Below, piece after piece: positions 39,381-49,925 of a stretch of 64,000 nucleotides of DNA. The stretch is taken from the NCBI GenBank assembly GCA_029865965.1, contig JARXAJ010000182.1:12844-76843 (forward strand), read 5' to 3'. The position numbers and the translations under genes are program-made. Positions within the stretch are counted from its first letter, which is position 1; each line of letters starts with the position of its first letter. The notes beneath the pieces are model-generated. The model searched no databases and was not told where the DNA came from. It saw only the letters and a program-made list of their open reading frames with translations. Source of the DNA: Aquabacterium sp. Its GTDB lineage: Bacteria; Pseudomonadota; Gammaproteobacteria; Burkholderiales; Burkholderiaceae_C.

Positions 39381-41237
39381 ATGGCCCTGCTGCAACTCTC
39401 CGAACCCGGCCAGACGCCCGACCCGCATGCCCGCCGCATCGCAGTGGGCATTGACCTGGGCACCACCCACAGCCTGGTGGCCGCCGTGCGCCACGGCGTG
39501 GCCGAATGCCTGCCCGATGGCGAAGGCCGCAACATCCTGCCGTCGGTCGTGCGCTACCTGGATGACAACCGCCGGCAGATCGGCTTCGACGCCCGCGCCG
39601 CCCAGGCCGACGACCCCGAGAACACCATCGCCAGCGCCAAGCGCTTCATGGGCCGCCGCCTGGCCGATGTGGCCGATGCCGGGCGGCTGCCCTACCGCTT
39701 CATCGACCAGCCCGGCATGCTGGCCATCGACACCCGCGCTGGCACCAAGACGCCGGTGGAGGTGTCGGCCGAGATCCTGGCCACGCTGCGCTACCGCGCC
39801 GAGGACACCTTCAACGACGACCTGTTCGGCGTGGTGATCACCGTGCCGGCCTATTTTGACGACGCCCAGCGCCAGGCCACGAAAGACGCCGCCCAACTGG
39901 CTGGCCTGAATGTGCTGCGCCTGATCAACGAGCCCACCGCCGCCGCCGTGGCCTACGGGCTGGACAACGCCAGCGAAGGCCTCTACGCCGTCTATGACCT
40001 GGGCGGCGGCACCTTCGACATCAGCTTGCTGCGGCTGCAGAAGGGCGTGTTCGAGGTGGTGGCGACCGGCGGTGATGCAGCACTGGGCGGTGATGACTTT
40101 GACCAGGCCCTGGCCGACTGGGCGCTGGCCCAGGCCGGCCGCCAGGCCAGCACCGCGCACGACAAGCGCGCCGTGCTGGTGGCTGCCCGTGCCGCGAAGG
40201 AGGCGCTGACCGACGCCAACCACACCGTGCTGGCAGCCGATCTGAGCGGCCAGCCGCTGGCCGTGCCCGTCAGCCGCACGCAGTTCGACACCATCACCCG
40301 GCCGCTGGTCGAGCGCACGCTGTCGGCGGTGCGCAAGGTGCTGCGTGACGCCAAGATCAAGCGCGACGACGTGGCCGGCGTGGTGATGGTGGGCGGCTCC
40401 ACCCGCATGCCGGCGGTGCAGGCGGTGGTGGCCGAGCTGTTCGGCCGCCCGCCGCTGACCAACCTGAACCCCGACGAGGTGGTCGCGGTGGGCGCGGCCA
40501 TCCAGGCCAATGCCCTGGCCGGCAATGCCAAGGACGGCGAGCTGTTGCTGCTGGACGTGATCCCGCTGAGCCTGGGCCTGGAAACCATGGGCGGCCTGGT
40601 GGAACGGGTGATCGAGCGCAACACCACCATCCCGGTGGCCAAGGCGCAAGACTTCACCACCTTCAAGGACGGCCAGACGGCGATGGCCATCCATGTGCTG
40701 CAGGGCGAGCGTGAACTGGTGGCCGACAACCGCAGCCTGGCCCGGTTCGAGCTGCGCGGCATCCCGCCGATGGTGGCCGGCGCGGCGCGCATCCGCGTGA
40801 CCTTCCAGGTCGATGCCGACGGCCTGCTCAGCGTGGCCGCGCAAGAGCTGGGCTCGGGCGTGCAGGCGTCAGTGGTGGTCAAGCCCAGTTACGGCCTGGC
40901 CGATGACCAGATCGCCAACATGCTGAAAGACGGCTTCGCCAGCGCCGAAGCCGACATGGTTGCCCGGTCATTGCGCGAAGCGCGCGTGGAGGCCGAGCGC
41001 ATGACCCTGGCCACCCGTGCTGCCCTGGCAGCCGATGGTGAACTGCTGCAAGACGCCGAGCGCCAGGCCATTGAGGCCCTGCTGGCCGACCTGGCCAGCA
41101 TCGCCGCCGGCACCGACCATGCCGCCATCGACACGGCGGTGGAACGCCTGGCCGAAGGCACCGAAGGCTTTGCTGCCGCGCGCATGAACCGCGGCATCCA
41201 GCAAGCCCTGACCGGCCGCAAGCTGGCCGATATCTGA
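39381..41237 (+). CDS. hscA: Fe-S assembly chaperone (Hsp70)
   Basis: [31 protein letters not shown]. Confidence 0.97.
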   Translation: MALLQLSEPGQTPDPHARRIAVGIDLGTTHSLVAAVRHGVAECLPDGEGRNILPSVVRYLDDNRRQIGFDARAAQADDPENTIASAKRFMGRRLADVADAGRLPYRFIDQPGMLAIDTRAGTKTPVEVSAEILATLRYRAEDTFNDDLFGVVITVPAYFDDAQRQATKDAAQLAGLNVLRLINEPTAAAVAYGLDNASEGLYAVYDLGGGTFDISLLRLQKGVFEVVATGGDAALGGDDFDQALADWALAQAGRQASTAHDKRAVLVAARAAKEALTDANHTVLAADLSGQPLAVPVSRTQFDTITRPLVERTLSAVRKVLRDAKIKRDDVAGVVMVGGSTRMPAVQAVVAELFGRPPLTNLNPDEVVAVGAAIQANALAGNAKDGELLLLDVIPLSLGLETMGGLVERVIERNTTIPVAKAQDFTTFKDGQTAMAIHVLQGERELVADNRSLARFELRGIPPMVAGAARIRVTFQVDADGLLSVAAQELGSGVQASVVVKPSYGLADDQIANMLKDGFASAEADMVARSLREARVEAERMTLATRAALAADGELLQDAERQAIEALLADLASIAAGTDHAAIDTAVERLAEGTEGFAAARMNRGIQQALTGRKLADI

Positions 41238-41256
41238 TGCTTTGACACTGCCCACC

Positions 41257-41595
41257 ATGCCCGTCATCAAGATCCTGCCCCATGCTGAACTGTGCCCCCA
41301 GGGCGCCGAAGTGAAGGCGCCCCGTGGCACCTCGATCTGCGAAGCCCTGCTCGACAACGGCATCGCACTGGAACATGCCTGCGACATGAGCTGCGCCTGC
41401 ACCACCTGCCATGTGATCGTGCGCCAGGGCTTGCGGTCGCTCAATGCGATGGAAGAGGGCGAGGAAGACCTGCTCGACCGCGCCTGGGGCCTGGAGCCCG
41501 ATTCCCGCCTGGGCTGCCAGGCCATCCTGGCCGATGCCGACCTGGTGGTCGAGATCCCGAAGTACACGATCAACCACGCACGCGAAAACCATTGA
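41257..41595 (+). CDS. fdx: ISC [2Fe-2S] ferredoxin
   Basis: EHACDMSCACTTCH, SRLGCQ, PKYTINHA. Confidence 0.97.
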   Translation: MPVIKILPHAELCPQGAEVKAPRGTSICEALLDNGIALEHACDMSCACTTCHVIVRQGLRSLNAMEEGEEDLLDRAWGLEPDSRLGCQAILADADLVVEIPKYTINHARENH

Positions 41596-41619
41596 GGTTT
41601 CGCCGGCCGAGCCCCGGGC

Positions 41620-42597
41620 TCAGCGCATCTCGTTCTGCGAGAACACCAAGGTCATGGTGGCCGGGATGCGGCCGTTGTCCAGCGGCAGCTGGCGGGTCTT
41701 GTCGATGGCGCGCAGCACTGTCTCATCCCAGGCCGGGTTGCCGCTGGGCTTGGTGACGCGGCGGCCGACGATGCTGCCATCCGGGGCGCAGCGCACCTCG
41801 ACCTCGGTGACCGGGTTGCCGCGTTCCTTGTCGGGCTGCACGATGTTGGGCAGGATCGCCGCCTTGATGCGGCCGCCATAACCGGCAGACGGCGCGGCAT
41901 CGGCCTGTGCCGTGCCGGTGGCGGTGGCTGCGCCAGTCGCCCCGGCTTGGCCCATCATGCGCTTGAGGTTCTCTTCTCTTTGGCTGGCGATTTGCTCGGC
42001 CTGGGCCTTGGCGTCAGCCTGTTGCTGCGCCGCTTGCTTCGCTGCCAGCTCCTTCTTCTGCTGGGCTTCGCGCGCCTGCTCGGCCTTTTGCTGGTCCTTC
42101 AGGTCCTTCTGCTCCTTCAGGCGCTTGGCTTCCTGCGCATCGGCCAGGCGTTTGGCTTCCAGCCGCTTCTTCAGCCGCTCGGCTTCTTCCTGGTCCTGGG
42201 CGCGTTGGCGGGCGCGCTCGGCCTCGGCTGCGGCCAGCTCTTTCTGGCGGCGCTGGTCCCGGGCTTTCTCCAACGCGATGTCGGCGGCGCGCTCGGCCTG
42301 GCGTTCGGCGGCGGTGGGCAAGGGGGGCGGGGCGGGTGCCTGTACAGGGACTGGCAAGGGTGGCGGGGTGGGGGCCGGTGGCGTTGGCGCCACGGGCGCT
42401 GGCGCTGCCACCTCCGGCACGTCTGACCACAGATCGGCGCTGAACACCACATCGGCGGTTGGCAGGCGCCAGTTCAGGCCCAGTGCCAGCGCGGCCAACA
42501 GCCCGCCATGGGCCAGCAGGGCCAGCGCAGCGCCCAGGCCCAGGCGGCTGCGGGCGCGGGGCAGCAGGGCGTCATGGCTGGCAGCCAGCGCGCCCAT
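41620..42597 (-). CDS. tolA: Cell envelope integrity protein TolA
   Basis: TM with His, Pro-rich linker, Ala/Lys/Glu/Gln helix, SGNPAWDETVLRAI. Confidence 0.92.
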   Translation of the reverse strand: MGALAASHDALLPRARSRLGLGAALALLAHGGLLAALALGLNWRLPTADVVFSADLWSDVPEVAAPAPVAPTPPAPTPPPLPVPVQAPAPPPLPTAAERQAERAADIALEKARDQRRQKELAAAEAERARQRAQDQEEAERLKKRLEAKRLADAQEAKRLKEQKDLKDQQKAEQAREAQQKKELAAKQAAQQQADAKAQAEQIASQREENLKRMMGQAGATGAATATGTAQADAAPSAGYGGRIKAAILPNIVQPDKERGNPVTEVEVRCAPDGSIVGRRVTKPSGNPAWDETVLRAIDKTRQLPLDNGRIPATMTLVFSQNEMR

Positions 42598-43025
42598 CAG
42601 CCGCCCTGCTTGACCGACAAACCCACCCGCTGCACGCCGCTGCGCTGCAGCACGTCCATGGCCTTCACCACGGCTTCGTACTTCACCGTTTTCTCGGCCG
42701 ATATCACCACAGGTACCTTGGCATTGCCGGCCTGCAGCGCCTTCACGTCAGCGGCCAGGGCGCGCAGGCTGGTGGCACGCGGGTCCGACCCGTCGATGCG
42801 CAGGCGCAGCTTCTCGTCAGCGCCCACGATCACCTCCACCACGCTGGTGGGCCGCTGCGCCGCCTTGCCGACGCTGGGCAGATCGACGATGCCGGTGGTG
42901 ATCATCGGCGCGGTGGCCATGAAGATGATCAGCAGCACCAGCATCACATCGATGAACGGCACCATGTTCATCTCGGCCATGGCGCGGCGGCCGCGGCGGC
43001 CCGACCGGCTGGCAACGCCTGGCAT
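42597..43025 (-). CDS. tolR: TolR/ExbD family protein
   Basis: EMNMVPFIDVMLVLLIIFM; VKYEAVVKAMD. Confidence 0.92.
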   Translation of the reverse strand: MPGVASRSGRRGRRAMAEMNMVPFIDVMLVLLIIFMATAPMITTGIVDLPSVGKAAQRPTSVVEVIVGADEKLRLRIDGSDPRATSLRALAADVKALQAGNAKVPVVISAEKTVKYEAVVKAMDVLQRSGVQRVGLSVKQGG

Positions 43026-43030
43026 GGCCG

Positions 43031-43723
43031 TCAGCGCCCGCCAGCCACAGCCGGCGGCTGCGTGGCGTTGCGCTGCAGGATGTTGGAGAACTCTTCGATG
43101 AAGCTTTCCAGCTGGATGGCGATGCGGTCGATGTCGCGGGCAAAGCGGTTGTAGGCCACCACCGCCGGGATGGCTGCAAACAGGCCGATGGCGGTGGCTA
43201 CCAGTGCCTCGGCGATGCCTGGCGCCACGGTGGCCAGGGTCACTTGCTCGGCACTGGCCAAACCCACGAAGGCATGCATGATCCCCCACACCGTGCCGAA
43301 CAGCCCCACATAGGGGCTGACCGAACCCACGCTGGCCAGGAAGCCCACGTTACCCTCGATCACGTCCAGCTCGCGCTGCAGGCTGGCACGCATGGCGCGG
43401 CGGGCGCCGTCGAGCTGGGCGCTGCTTTCCTGGCGGCGCTCACGCAGCTTCAAGAATTCGCGCATGCCGCTGGCGAAGATGCGCTCCAGTGGCGCGCTGT
43501 CGGCCTTGTTGCCGGCAGCGGCGTACAAGTCGTTCAGGTTCTTGCCCGACCAGAACTCGCGCTCGAAATCGTCATTGCCCCGGCGCAGGCTGCGCAGGCT
43601 GAAGATCTTGCTGAAGATCACCGTCCAGCTGACCAGCGATGTCAGCAGCAGGCCAGCCATCACCAGCTGCACGGCCAGGGTGGCATGCAGCACCAGGGTG
43701 ATGATCGAGAAATCCTGGTTCAT
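43031..43723 (-). CDS. tolQ: TolQ
   Basis: SPYVGLFGTVWGIM, VAPGIAEALVATAIGLFAAIPA. Confidence 0.96.
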   Translation of the reverse strand: MNQDFSIITLVLHATLAVQLVMAGLLLTSLVSWTVIFSKIFSLRSLRRGNDDFEREFWSGKNLNDLYAAAGNKADSAPLERIFASGMREFLKLRERRQESSAQLDGARRAMRASLQRELDVIEGNVGFLASVGSVSPYVGLFGTVWGIMHAFVGLASAEQVTLATVAPGIAEALVATAIGLFAAIPAVVAYNRFARDIDRIAIQLESFIEEFSNILQRNATQPPAVAGGR

Positions 43724-44142
43724 CGTTGCAGGGCCTGGGTGACGGGTTCTGGAAAACGGCGTGGGCGGAAGGTGGCCGCATCGACACAGCCGATGCGGAT
43801 GCGGCCTTCACACAACAGCGTGGGGGCCGCAACCCCGCCATTGTTGCGCCAGGCCTGTTGCTGCAATGTCATTGACGCGCGGCCGGTGTCCACCGGCTGT
43901 ACCGTCACGGTCAACAGGTCGTCCAGCCGGGCCGGCGCCAAGTAGCGCAGCGCCGTGTCGCTGACGATGAAGATGGCGCCGGTGGCATCATGCAGCGCCT
44001 GCTGGCCCAGGCCCAGTGCACGCAGCCATTCGGTGCGGGCGCGCTCGAAGAACTTCAGGTAATTGGCATAAAACACCACGCCGCCAGCGTCGGTGTCTTC
44101 CCAGTAGATGCGCACGCTGTAGGCGAACGCAGGCTCGGTCAC
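43720..44142 (-). CDS. ybgC: Tol-pal-associated acyl-CoA thioesterase
   Basis: YWEDTDAGGVVFYANYLKFFERARTE. Confidence 0.95.
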   Translation of the reverse strand: MTEPAFAYSVRIYWEDTDAGGVVFYANYLKFFERARTEWLRALGLGQQALHDATGAIFIVSDTALRYLAPARLDDLLTVTVQPVDTGRASMTLQQQAWRNNGGVAAPTLLCEGRIRIGCVDAATFRPRRFPEPVTQALQR

Positions 44143-45320
44143 GCCAACACCCGCCGCAGCCTGTGCAGCGCCTCGTCCAACTTGTCCTGGCTGCTGGCGA
44201 ACGACAGCCGCAGCCAGCGCTGCGGGTCATGGCGGCCGAAGTCGCGCCCCGGCGTCAGCGCCACATGTGCGGTGTCCATCAGCTGGAAGGCGAAGTCCCA
44301 GCTGTCGGCATGGTGCGCGCTGCAGTCGGCATAGGCATAGAACGCGCCGTCGGGCACGACCGGCACGCGCAGGCCCAATTGGTTGAGCGCCGGCACCATC
44401 TTGTCGCGCCGGGCGCGGAACTCGGCCCGGCGGCGCTCGTACTCGGTGATCGACTCGGCATGGAAGCAGGCCAGCGCCGCGTGCTGGGCGATGGTGGACG
44501 CACAGATGAACAGGTTCTGCGCCAGCCGCTCCATCGGCGCCACCAGGGCCGGCGGCAGCACCAGCCAGCCCAGGCGCCAGCCGGTCATGTTGAAGTACTT
44601 GCTGAAGCTGTTGACGCTGGCGATGTGCTCGCCCAGTTGCAGGGCGCTGTGGCCGAAAGTGTCGTCGTAGCTCAGGCCCAGGTAGATCTCGTCGACGATG
44701 GTCACGCCGCCCCGGCCGCGCACCACGGCGTCGATGCGGCGCAGTTCATCGGGGTGGATCGAGGTGCCGGTGGGGTTGGACGGGCTGGCCAGCAGCACGC
44801 CGCGCGTGGCGGGTGTCCAGGCCTGTTGCACGGCGGCGGCATCCAGCTGGAAGCGCTGCGCTGCCGTGGTGGGCAGCAGCCGGGCCACGGCATCGGCTGC
44901 CGCCACGAAGTGCCGGTTGCAGGGGTAGCTGGGGTCGGGCATCAGCACCTCGTCACCGGCCTCGAACAGCGCCAGGCAGGCCAGCTGCAATGCCGCCGAG
45001 GCGCCAGCCGTCACCATGATGCGGTCGGCCGCAATCTGCAGGCCGAAGCGCTGGGCGTACCAGGCGCTGATGGCCTCGCGCAGCGCGGGCAGGCCCAGGG
45101 CGTCGGTGTACTGGCTGCGGCCATCACGGATGGCGCGTTCTGCTGCTTCCTGCACCAACGGTGGGGCAGTGAAGTCGGGCTCACCGATGTTCAGGAACAG
45201 CATGCGTTCGCCGCCGCGTGCCGGGTCGCAGGCCGGGCTGGCGGCAATGCGCTGCGCCGCCTTGGCGCACTCCATCACGTAGAACGGCTCGATGTGGCCG
45301 AGCCGGCTGGCGAGCTTCAT
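44139..45320 (-). CDS. Class I/II PLP-dependent aminotransferase
   Basis: [31 protein letters not shown]; start MKLASRL overlaps the nusB stop. Confidence 0.93.
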   Translation of the reverse strand: MKLASRLGHIEPFYVMECAKAAQRIAASPACDPARGGERMLFLNIGEPDFTAPPLVQEAAERAIRDGRSQYTDALGLPALREAISAWYAQRFGLQIAADRIMVTAGASAALQLACLALFEAGDEVLMPDPSYPCNRHFVAAADAVARLLPTTAAQRFQLDAAAVQQAWTPATRGVLLASPSNPTGTSIHPDELRRIDAVVRGRGGVTIVDEIYLGLSYDDTFGHSALQLGEHIASVNSFSKYFNMTGWRLGWLVLPPALVAPMERLAQNLFICASTIAQHAALACFHAESITEYERRRAEFRARRDKMVPALNQLGLRVPVVPDGAFYAYADCSAHHADSWDFAFQLMDTAHVALTPGRDFGRHDPQRWLRLSFASSQDKLDEALHRLRRVLA

Positions 45321-45844
45321 GCGCCCCGGCGCGCCGCCTGGCGTGCAGCCACTTCCACTTGCCGCAGGTCGCCCGCGCATTTGTCCAACACGCCGTTGAC
45401 GTATTTGTGGCCGTCAGTGCCGCCAAAGGCCTTGGCCAGTTCCACGGCCTCGTTGATGACCACGCGGTAAGGGATGTCGATGCAGTGCGTCAGCTCGTAG
45501 GTGCCGATCATCAGCACGGCATGCTCCACCGGCGACAGGTCTTTCGTGCGGCGGTCGACATGGCGTGCCAATGCCGCGTCCAGCGTGACAGCCTCGGCGA
45601 TGCTGCCGTGCAGAAGTGCGTCGAAGTGCGGGCGATCGAACTTGTCGAAGCCGTCATGCTCTGCCAGGTGGGCTTCGATCTCGGCACCATCGGCGCCGCT
45701 CAGCAGCCATTGGTACAGGCCCTGCAATGCCAGCTCACGCGCGCGGCGGCGGGTGGATGTGCCCTGGGGCTTGCGGCCCGGCTTCTTGTGGCTTGTCGCC
45801 GGCGGCGCTGTCGGCAGCACGCCCGGGTGATCGTCGTCGCTCAC
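45317..45844 (-). CDS. nusB: Transcription antitermination factor
   Basis: [35 protein letters not shown]. Confidence 0.97.
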   Translation of the reverse strand: MSDDDHPGVLPTAPPATSHKKPGRKPQGTSTRRRARELALQGLYQWLLSGADGAEIEAHLAEHDGFDKFDRPHFDALLHGSIAEAVTLDAALARHVDRRTKDLSPVEHAVLMIGTYELTHCIDIPYRVVINEAVELAKAFGGTDGHKYVNGVLDKCAGDLRQVEVAARQAARRGA

Positions 45845-46317
45845 GGTGCGTCTTCAGCCAGGTCGTTCAGCAGATTGGCCATCTCCACTGCCACCCGGGC
45901 GGCGTCGCGGCCCTTGTCGTCGGCACGGGCCCAGGCCTGGGCCTCGTTTTCGACCGTCAGGATGGCATTGGCCACCGGCAGGTTGGCGTCCAGCGACACC
46001 CGGTTGATGCCGGCGCCGCTTTCATTGGCCACCAGATCGAAGTGGTAGGTCTCGCCGCGGATGATGCAGCCCAGCGCGATCAGCGCGTCGAACTGTTCGG
46101 TGTCGGCCAGCGCCTGCAGCGCCACTGGCACTTCCAGGGCGCCGGGCACGGTGACATGGCGGATGTTGCCGGCGTCGACTCCCAGTGCTGCCAGTTCGGC
46201 CAGGCAGGCTTCGGCCAGCCTGCCGGTGATGTCGGCATTGAAGCGGGCCTGCACGATGGCGACTGACAGGCCGCTGCCATCTAGGTTGGCGGCTTCGCCT
46301 TGGTTGGCGTGTTGCAT
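45841..46317 (-). CDS. ribH: 6,7-dimethyl-8-ribityllumazine synthase
   Basis: [20 protein letters not shown]. Confidence 0.97.
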   Translation of the reverse strand: MQHANQGEAANLDGSGLSVAIVQARFNADITGRLAEACLAELAALGVDAGNIRHVTVPGALEVPVALQALADTEQFDALIALGCIIRGETYHFDLVANESGAGINRVSLDANLPVANAILTVENEAQAWARADDKGRDAARVAVEMANLLNDLAEDAP

Positions 46318-46347
46318 GGAAGCTTTCAAAGAGAAGAGGGCGCCAGC

Positions 46348-47445
46348 TCAGCGGTCGGCCGCCTGGAAGCTGGTGACTTCCAGCCCGTAGCCGGTCATGC
46401 TGGGCATGCGGCGCGGACTGCCCAGCAGCTTCATGCGCTTGACGCCCAGCTGGCGCAGGATTTGCGCACCCACGCCGTAGGTGCGCAAGTCCATCTGCAT
46501 CGGCCGCGGCGGGCGGCTGGCCTGCTGCGGCAACACCTGGGGCATCAGCGTGGCGATGTCGGTGCCGCAGTTCAGCAGCACCGCCACGCCGCCCGGCGCG
46601 GCCTGGATGGCCGCCAGCGCGGTGGGCAGCGGCCAGCTGTGGGCGCTGCGGCCCACATCCAGCAGGTCCATCGCGGTGAAGGGCTCATGCATGCGCACCA
46701 GCACTTCGTCTTCAGGCTGCCAGGTGCCTTTGCGCAGGGCGATGTGCAGGCCGCCGGAATGGTCGCGGAAGGCCTGGCAGATGAAGTTGCCCTGGGCCGT
46801 CATCAGGCCGCGCTCGCCCAGGCATTCGATCAGTGTCTCGTTGTGCGAGCGGTAGGCGATCAGGTCGGCAATGGTGCCGATCTTCAGGCCATGTTGCTGG
46901 GCAAACAGCTGCAATTCGGGCAGCCGGGCCATGGTGCCGTCGTCGTTCATGATCTCGCAGATCACGGCGGCAGGCGTGCAGCCGGCCATGGCGGCCAGGT
47001 CACAGCCGGCCTCGGTGTGGCCGGCGCGCATCAGCACGCCGCCGTCCTGGGCCTGCAGCGGGAAGATGTGCCCGGGCTGGACCAGGTCGGTGGGCTGGGC
47101 GTCCTTGGCGACGGCGGCCTGCACCGTGCGGGCGCGGTCGGCTGCGCTGATGCCGGTGGTCACGCCGGTGGCCGCCTCGATCGAAACGGTGAAGGCCGTG
47201 CCATGCACCGTACCGTTGCGCGCAGCCATCGGCGGCAGCTGCAGGCGTTCGCAGCGGCTCTTGGTGAGCGTGAGGCAGATCAGGCCGCGGCCATGCTTGG
47301 CCATGAAGTTGATGGTCTCGGCCGATACATGGTCGGCGGCAAGCACCAGATCACCTTCGTTCTCGCGGTCTTCGTCGTCGACGAGGATGACCATGCGGCC
47401 TGCGGCCAGCTCGGCCACGAGTTCAGGAACGGGGGAAAGTGCCAT
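46348..47445 (-). CDS. ribB: DHBP synthase fused to a GTP cyclohydrolase II-like domain (RibBA/RibBX)
   Basis: DDEDRENEGD, GHTEA, CEIMNDDG; C-terminal VRMH...YGVGAQIL. Confidence 0.92.
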   Translation of the reverse strand: MALSPVPELVAELAAGRMVILVDDEDRENEGDLVLAADHVSAETINFMAKHGRGLICLTLTKSRCERLQLPPMAARNGTVHGTAFTVSIEAATGVTTGISAADRARTVQAAVAKDAQPTDLVQPGHIFPLQAQDGGVLMRAGHTEAGCDLAAMAGCTPAAVICEIMNDDGTMARLPELQLFAQQHGLKIGTIADLIAYRSHNETLIECLGERGLMTAQGNFICQAFRDHSGGLHIALRKGTWQPEDEVLVRMHEPFTAMDLLDVGRSAHSWPLPTALAAIQAAPGGVAVLLNCGTDIATLMPQVLPQQASRPPRPMQMDLRTYGVGAQILRQLGVKRMKLLGSPRRMPSMTGYGLEVTSFQAADR

Positions 47446-47503
47446 GCCTGGATTGTAGGCGGGCAAGGGGTGCGAACCCTGGGCCCGACGGGCAAGGCCA
47501 GTG

Positions 47504-48286
47504 TCAGCCCGGGGTCTGGCTGGGGGGCTGGGGCTCGGCCCATTCCCAGCCGCGCTCCGTCAGCAATTGGTTCGGCCCGAAGCCAGCCTTGTAGCCCATC
47601 TTGTCGCTCTCGGCGATCCAGTAGCCCAGGTACAGATGGGGCAGCTTGAGTTGGCGGATCTGCTCGATCTGCCACAGCACGCCATAAGTGCCCAGGCCGC
47701 CCTTGTGGTCGGGGTCGTAGAACGTGTAGACGGCCGAGATGCCATCGTTGAGCACATCGACGATCGACACCATGCGCAGCGTGCCGGGCTCGGCGTTGCC
47801 GTCCTCACCAGCTTCGGCCGGCGGGTCGCGGAACTCAACCAGGCGCGAGTTGACCCGGCTCTGCAGCAGAAACTGGGTGTACTGGTCGATGCTGTCGTGG
47901 TCCATACCGCCGCCGGCATGCCGCCCCGACTGGTAGCGCAGGTAGAGCTGGTAGTGCTCGGGCACGAAGCACAGACGCAGCACCCGGGTCTTCAGGTGGG
48001 CATGGGCCTTGGCCGCGCGGCGCTGGCTGCGGGTGGGCTGAAAGCTGGCCACCGGCAACCGCAGCGGCACGCAGGCGCGGCAGCTGTCGCAGTAAGGCCG
48101 GTAGGTGAACATGCCGCTGCGCCGGAAGCCGTTGGCCACCAGACCAGAGTAGGCGTCGGCATGGATCAGGTGGCTGGGCGTGGCCACCTGCGACCGCGCC
48201 ATCCGGTCGGGCAGGTAGCTGCACGGGTACGGTGCCGTTGCATAAAACTGCAACGACGACAGCGGAAGCTCCTTCGGATGGGTCAC
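47504..48286 (-). CDS. Arginyltransferase-family protein (Bpt/ATE1-like)
   Basis: YPCSYLP, GFRRSG..YRPYC..C, YQ..RH, SAVYTFY, YLGYWI. Confidence 0.93.
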   Translation of the reverse strand: MTHPKELPLSSLQFYATAPYPCSYLPDRMARSQVATPSHLIHADAYSGLVANGFRRSGMFTYRPYCDSCRACVPLRLPVASFQPTRSQRRAAKAHAHLKTRVLRLCFVPEHYQLYLRYQSGRHAGGGMDHDSIDQYTQFLLQSRVNSRLVEFRDPPAEAGEDGNAEPGTLRMVSIVDVLNDGISAVYTFYDPDHKGGLGTYGVLWQIEQIRQLKLPHLYLGYWIAESDKMGYKAGFGPNQLLTERGWEWAEPQPPSQTPG

Positions 48287-49095
48287 GCGGGGTCGGGCGG
48301 CGAGGGTGGTGGGGTGTGGGCGGGATCGCAGGGCGGCGTGGGCGGCGGCGGGGCCAGGTCCAGGTGTGCCCAGAGCACCGGATGATAGGCCCAGGCCGGC
48401 GGTGGCATTCCCCCCAGCGTGCGGGACAAATGCGCCTCAAACGCGCTGCGCGGGATCTGCCGCGCGCCGAAGCTGGCCAGGTGCTGGGTGTGCTGCTGGC
48501 AATCGATCAGCGCAATGCCATGGGCGCGGCAGAACGCCACCAGCGCGCACAGCGCAATCTTGCTGGCGTCGGTGCGGTGGGCGAACATCGACTCACCAAA
48601 GAACATGCGGCCGATGCCTACGCCGTAGAGCCCGCCGACCAGGCTGCCGTCGATCCAGGTCTCCACGCTGTGGGCCCGGCCCTGCTGGTGCCAGGCGGTG
48701 TAGGCGTCGAGGATGTCGTCGACGATCCAGGTGCCGTCCTGCCCGTCGCGCGGGGTGCTGGCGCAGGCCTGCATCACCGTGCGGAAGGCGCTGTCGATGC
48801 GGATCTCGCAGCCGGGCGTGCGGATGAACCGCCGCAGAGTCTTGCGCAGTGAATGCGCCAGCTTGAACTCGGCCACCGGCAGCACCATGCGGGGGTCAGG
48901 CGCCCACCACAGCGGCGCGTCACCCGGGCTGAACCACGGGAAGATGCCGCGCTGGTAGGCCTCTTCCAGCCGCTGCGGAGTGACACTGCCGCCAGCGGCC
49001 AGCAGCCCGGGCGCCTCGCTGCCCGGCCCCAGCGCCCGCTGCGTGGGCGGCAAGGGGCTGCGGTCGTCGATCCAGGTGAGCGTGGTGCCGGCCAT
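48283..49095 (-). CDS. aat: Leucyl/phenylalanyl-tRNA--protein transferase
   Basis: GLLAAGG, GIFPW, WWAPDPR, FFGESMF, DASK. Confidence 0.95.
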   Translation of the reverse strand: MAGTTLTWIDDRSPLPPTQRALGPGSEAPGLLAAGGSVTPQRLEEAYQRGIFPWFSPGDAPLWWAPDPRMVLPVAEFKLAHSLRKTLRRFIRTPGCEIRIDSAFRTVMQACASTPRDGQDGTWIVDDILDAYTAWHQQGRAHSVETWIDGSLVGGLYGVGIGRMFFGESMFAHRTDASKIALCALVAFCRAHGIALIDCQQHTQHLASFGARQIPRSAFEAHLSRTLGGMPPPAWAYHPVLWAHLDLAPPPPTPPCDPAHTPPPSPPDPA

Positions 49096-49261
49096 GGTGA
49101 TGAGGTGTTTCGTTCGGTATGTTGTTGTGACCAAGTGTCTGAAAACCCGGCGAAAGTGTCGTCGCCCCCGTGCTTGCGGGGTGTGATCAGGGAAGTCCCA
49201 AAGACTAACCTGTCACCATTGCGTTCGTTGCCGCTCACCTTGTCCAGCAGGAACACACACC

Positions 49262-49888
49262 ATGCGACGTCTTCAACACACCGCGCTGGCAGGCTTGTTT
49301 GCCGTGGCCGCACCAGCCTGGGCCGCCAGCTATTCATTCGATGTCATCTACCTGGGCGCCGGCCTCGCGTCGCTGGCGCCTGGCAGCACCGACCCCAGAG
49401 AAGTGACGGTGTTGCCCGGCGACAGCTTTGACTGGGCCATCAGGGCTGAGCCTGGCCATCTTTGGACAGTGCTGAACGGTGGCTCGGTGTTCCCCCTCAT
49501 GGCTTTCGGGGTGACGGAATCTGCTGAGCGTATCGGTGATCACACCCTCACTTTGACCAAACAGGGCGCGCCTGTGCTGACGCGGTTCGAGCCTGCGTCG
49601 AAGCAGGGGACCCATCACATGGGCACGAACACCATCACGATCGACACCGGGATGGCGTTCGACCGCATGCACCTGCGCTACACGTTGAATTCAGCCACCC
49701 ATGCCGGCGGCACGGTGGGCAGCACGCCGTTGGACATCTTGCCGACCTTCGGCATGCCCGATCAAGCCAGCTTTTTCAACCGAAGCGTCACTGTCTATGC
49801 GCCGGTGCCCGAGCCAGGCACCTGGGCGCTGTGGCTGGCAGGCCTGGGTGTGGCCGGCGCGCTGGCCCGACGCCGCAAGGCGGCCTGA
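49262..49888 (+). CDS. PEP-CTERM sorting-domain secreted protein
   Basis: Signal peptide ending AWA; C-terminal VPEPGTWALWLAGLGVAGALARRRK. Confidence 0.92.
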   Translation: MRRLQHTALAGLFAVAAPAWAASYSFDVIYLGAGLASLAPGSTDPREVTVLPGDSFDWAIRAEPGHLWTVLNGGSVFPLMAFGVTESAERIGDHTLTLTKQGAPVLTRFEPASKQGTHHMGTNTITIDTGMAFDRMHLRYTLNSATHAGGTVGSTPLDILPTFGMPDQASFFNRSVTVYAPVPEPGTWALWLAGLGVAGALARRRKAA

Positions 49889-49925
49889 TGCCGGTTGCGC
49901 CCAAGGGCGCCGCCGGCCGGTCAGA

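Noticed and set aside
49130-49260. PrsR enhancer and sigma54 promoter upstream of the PEP-CTERM gene
   Set aside because: Only a half match (TGTCTGAAAACCCGGCG) and no convincing -24/-12 element
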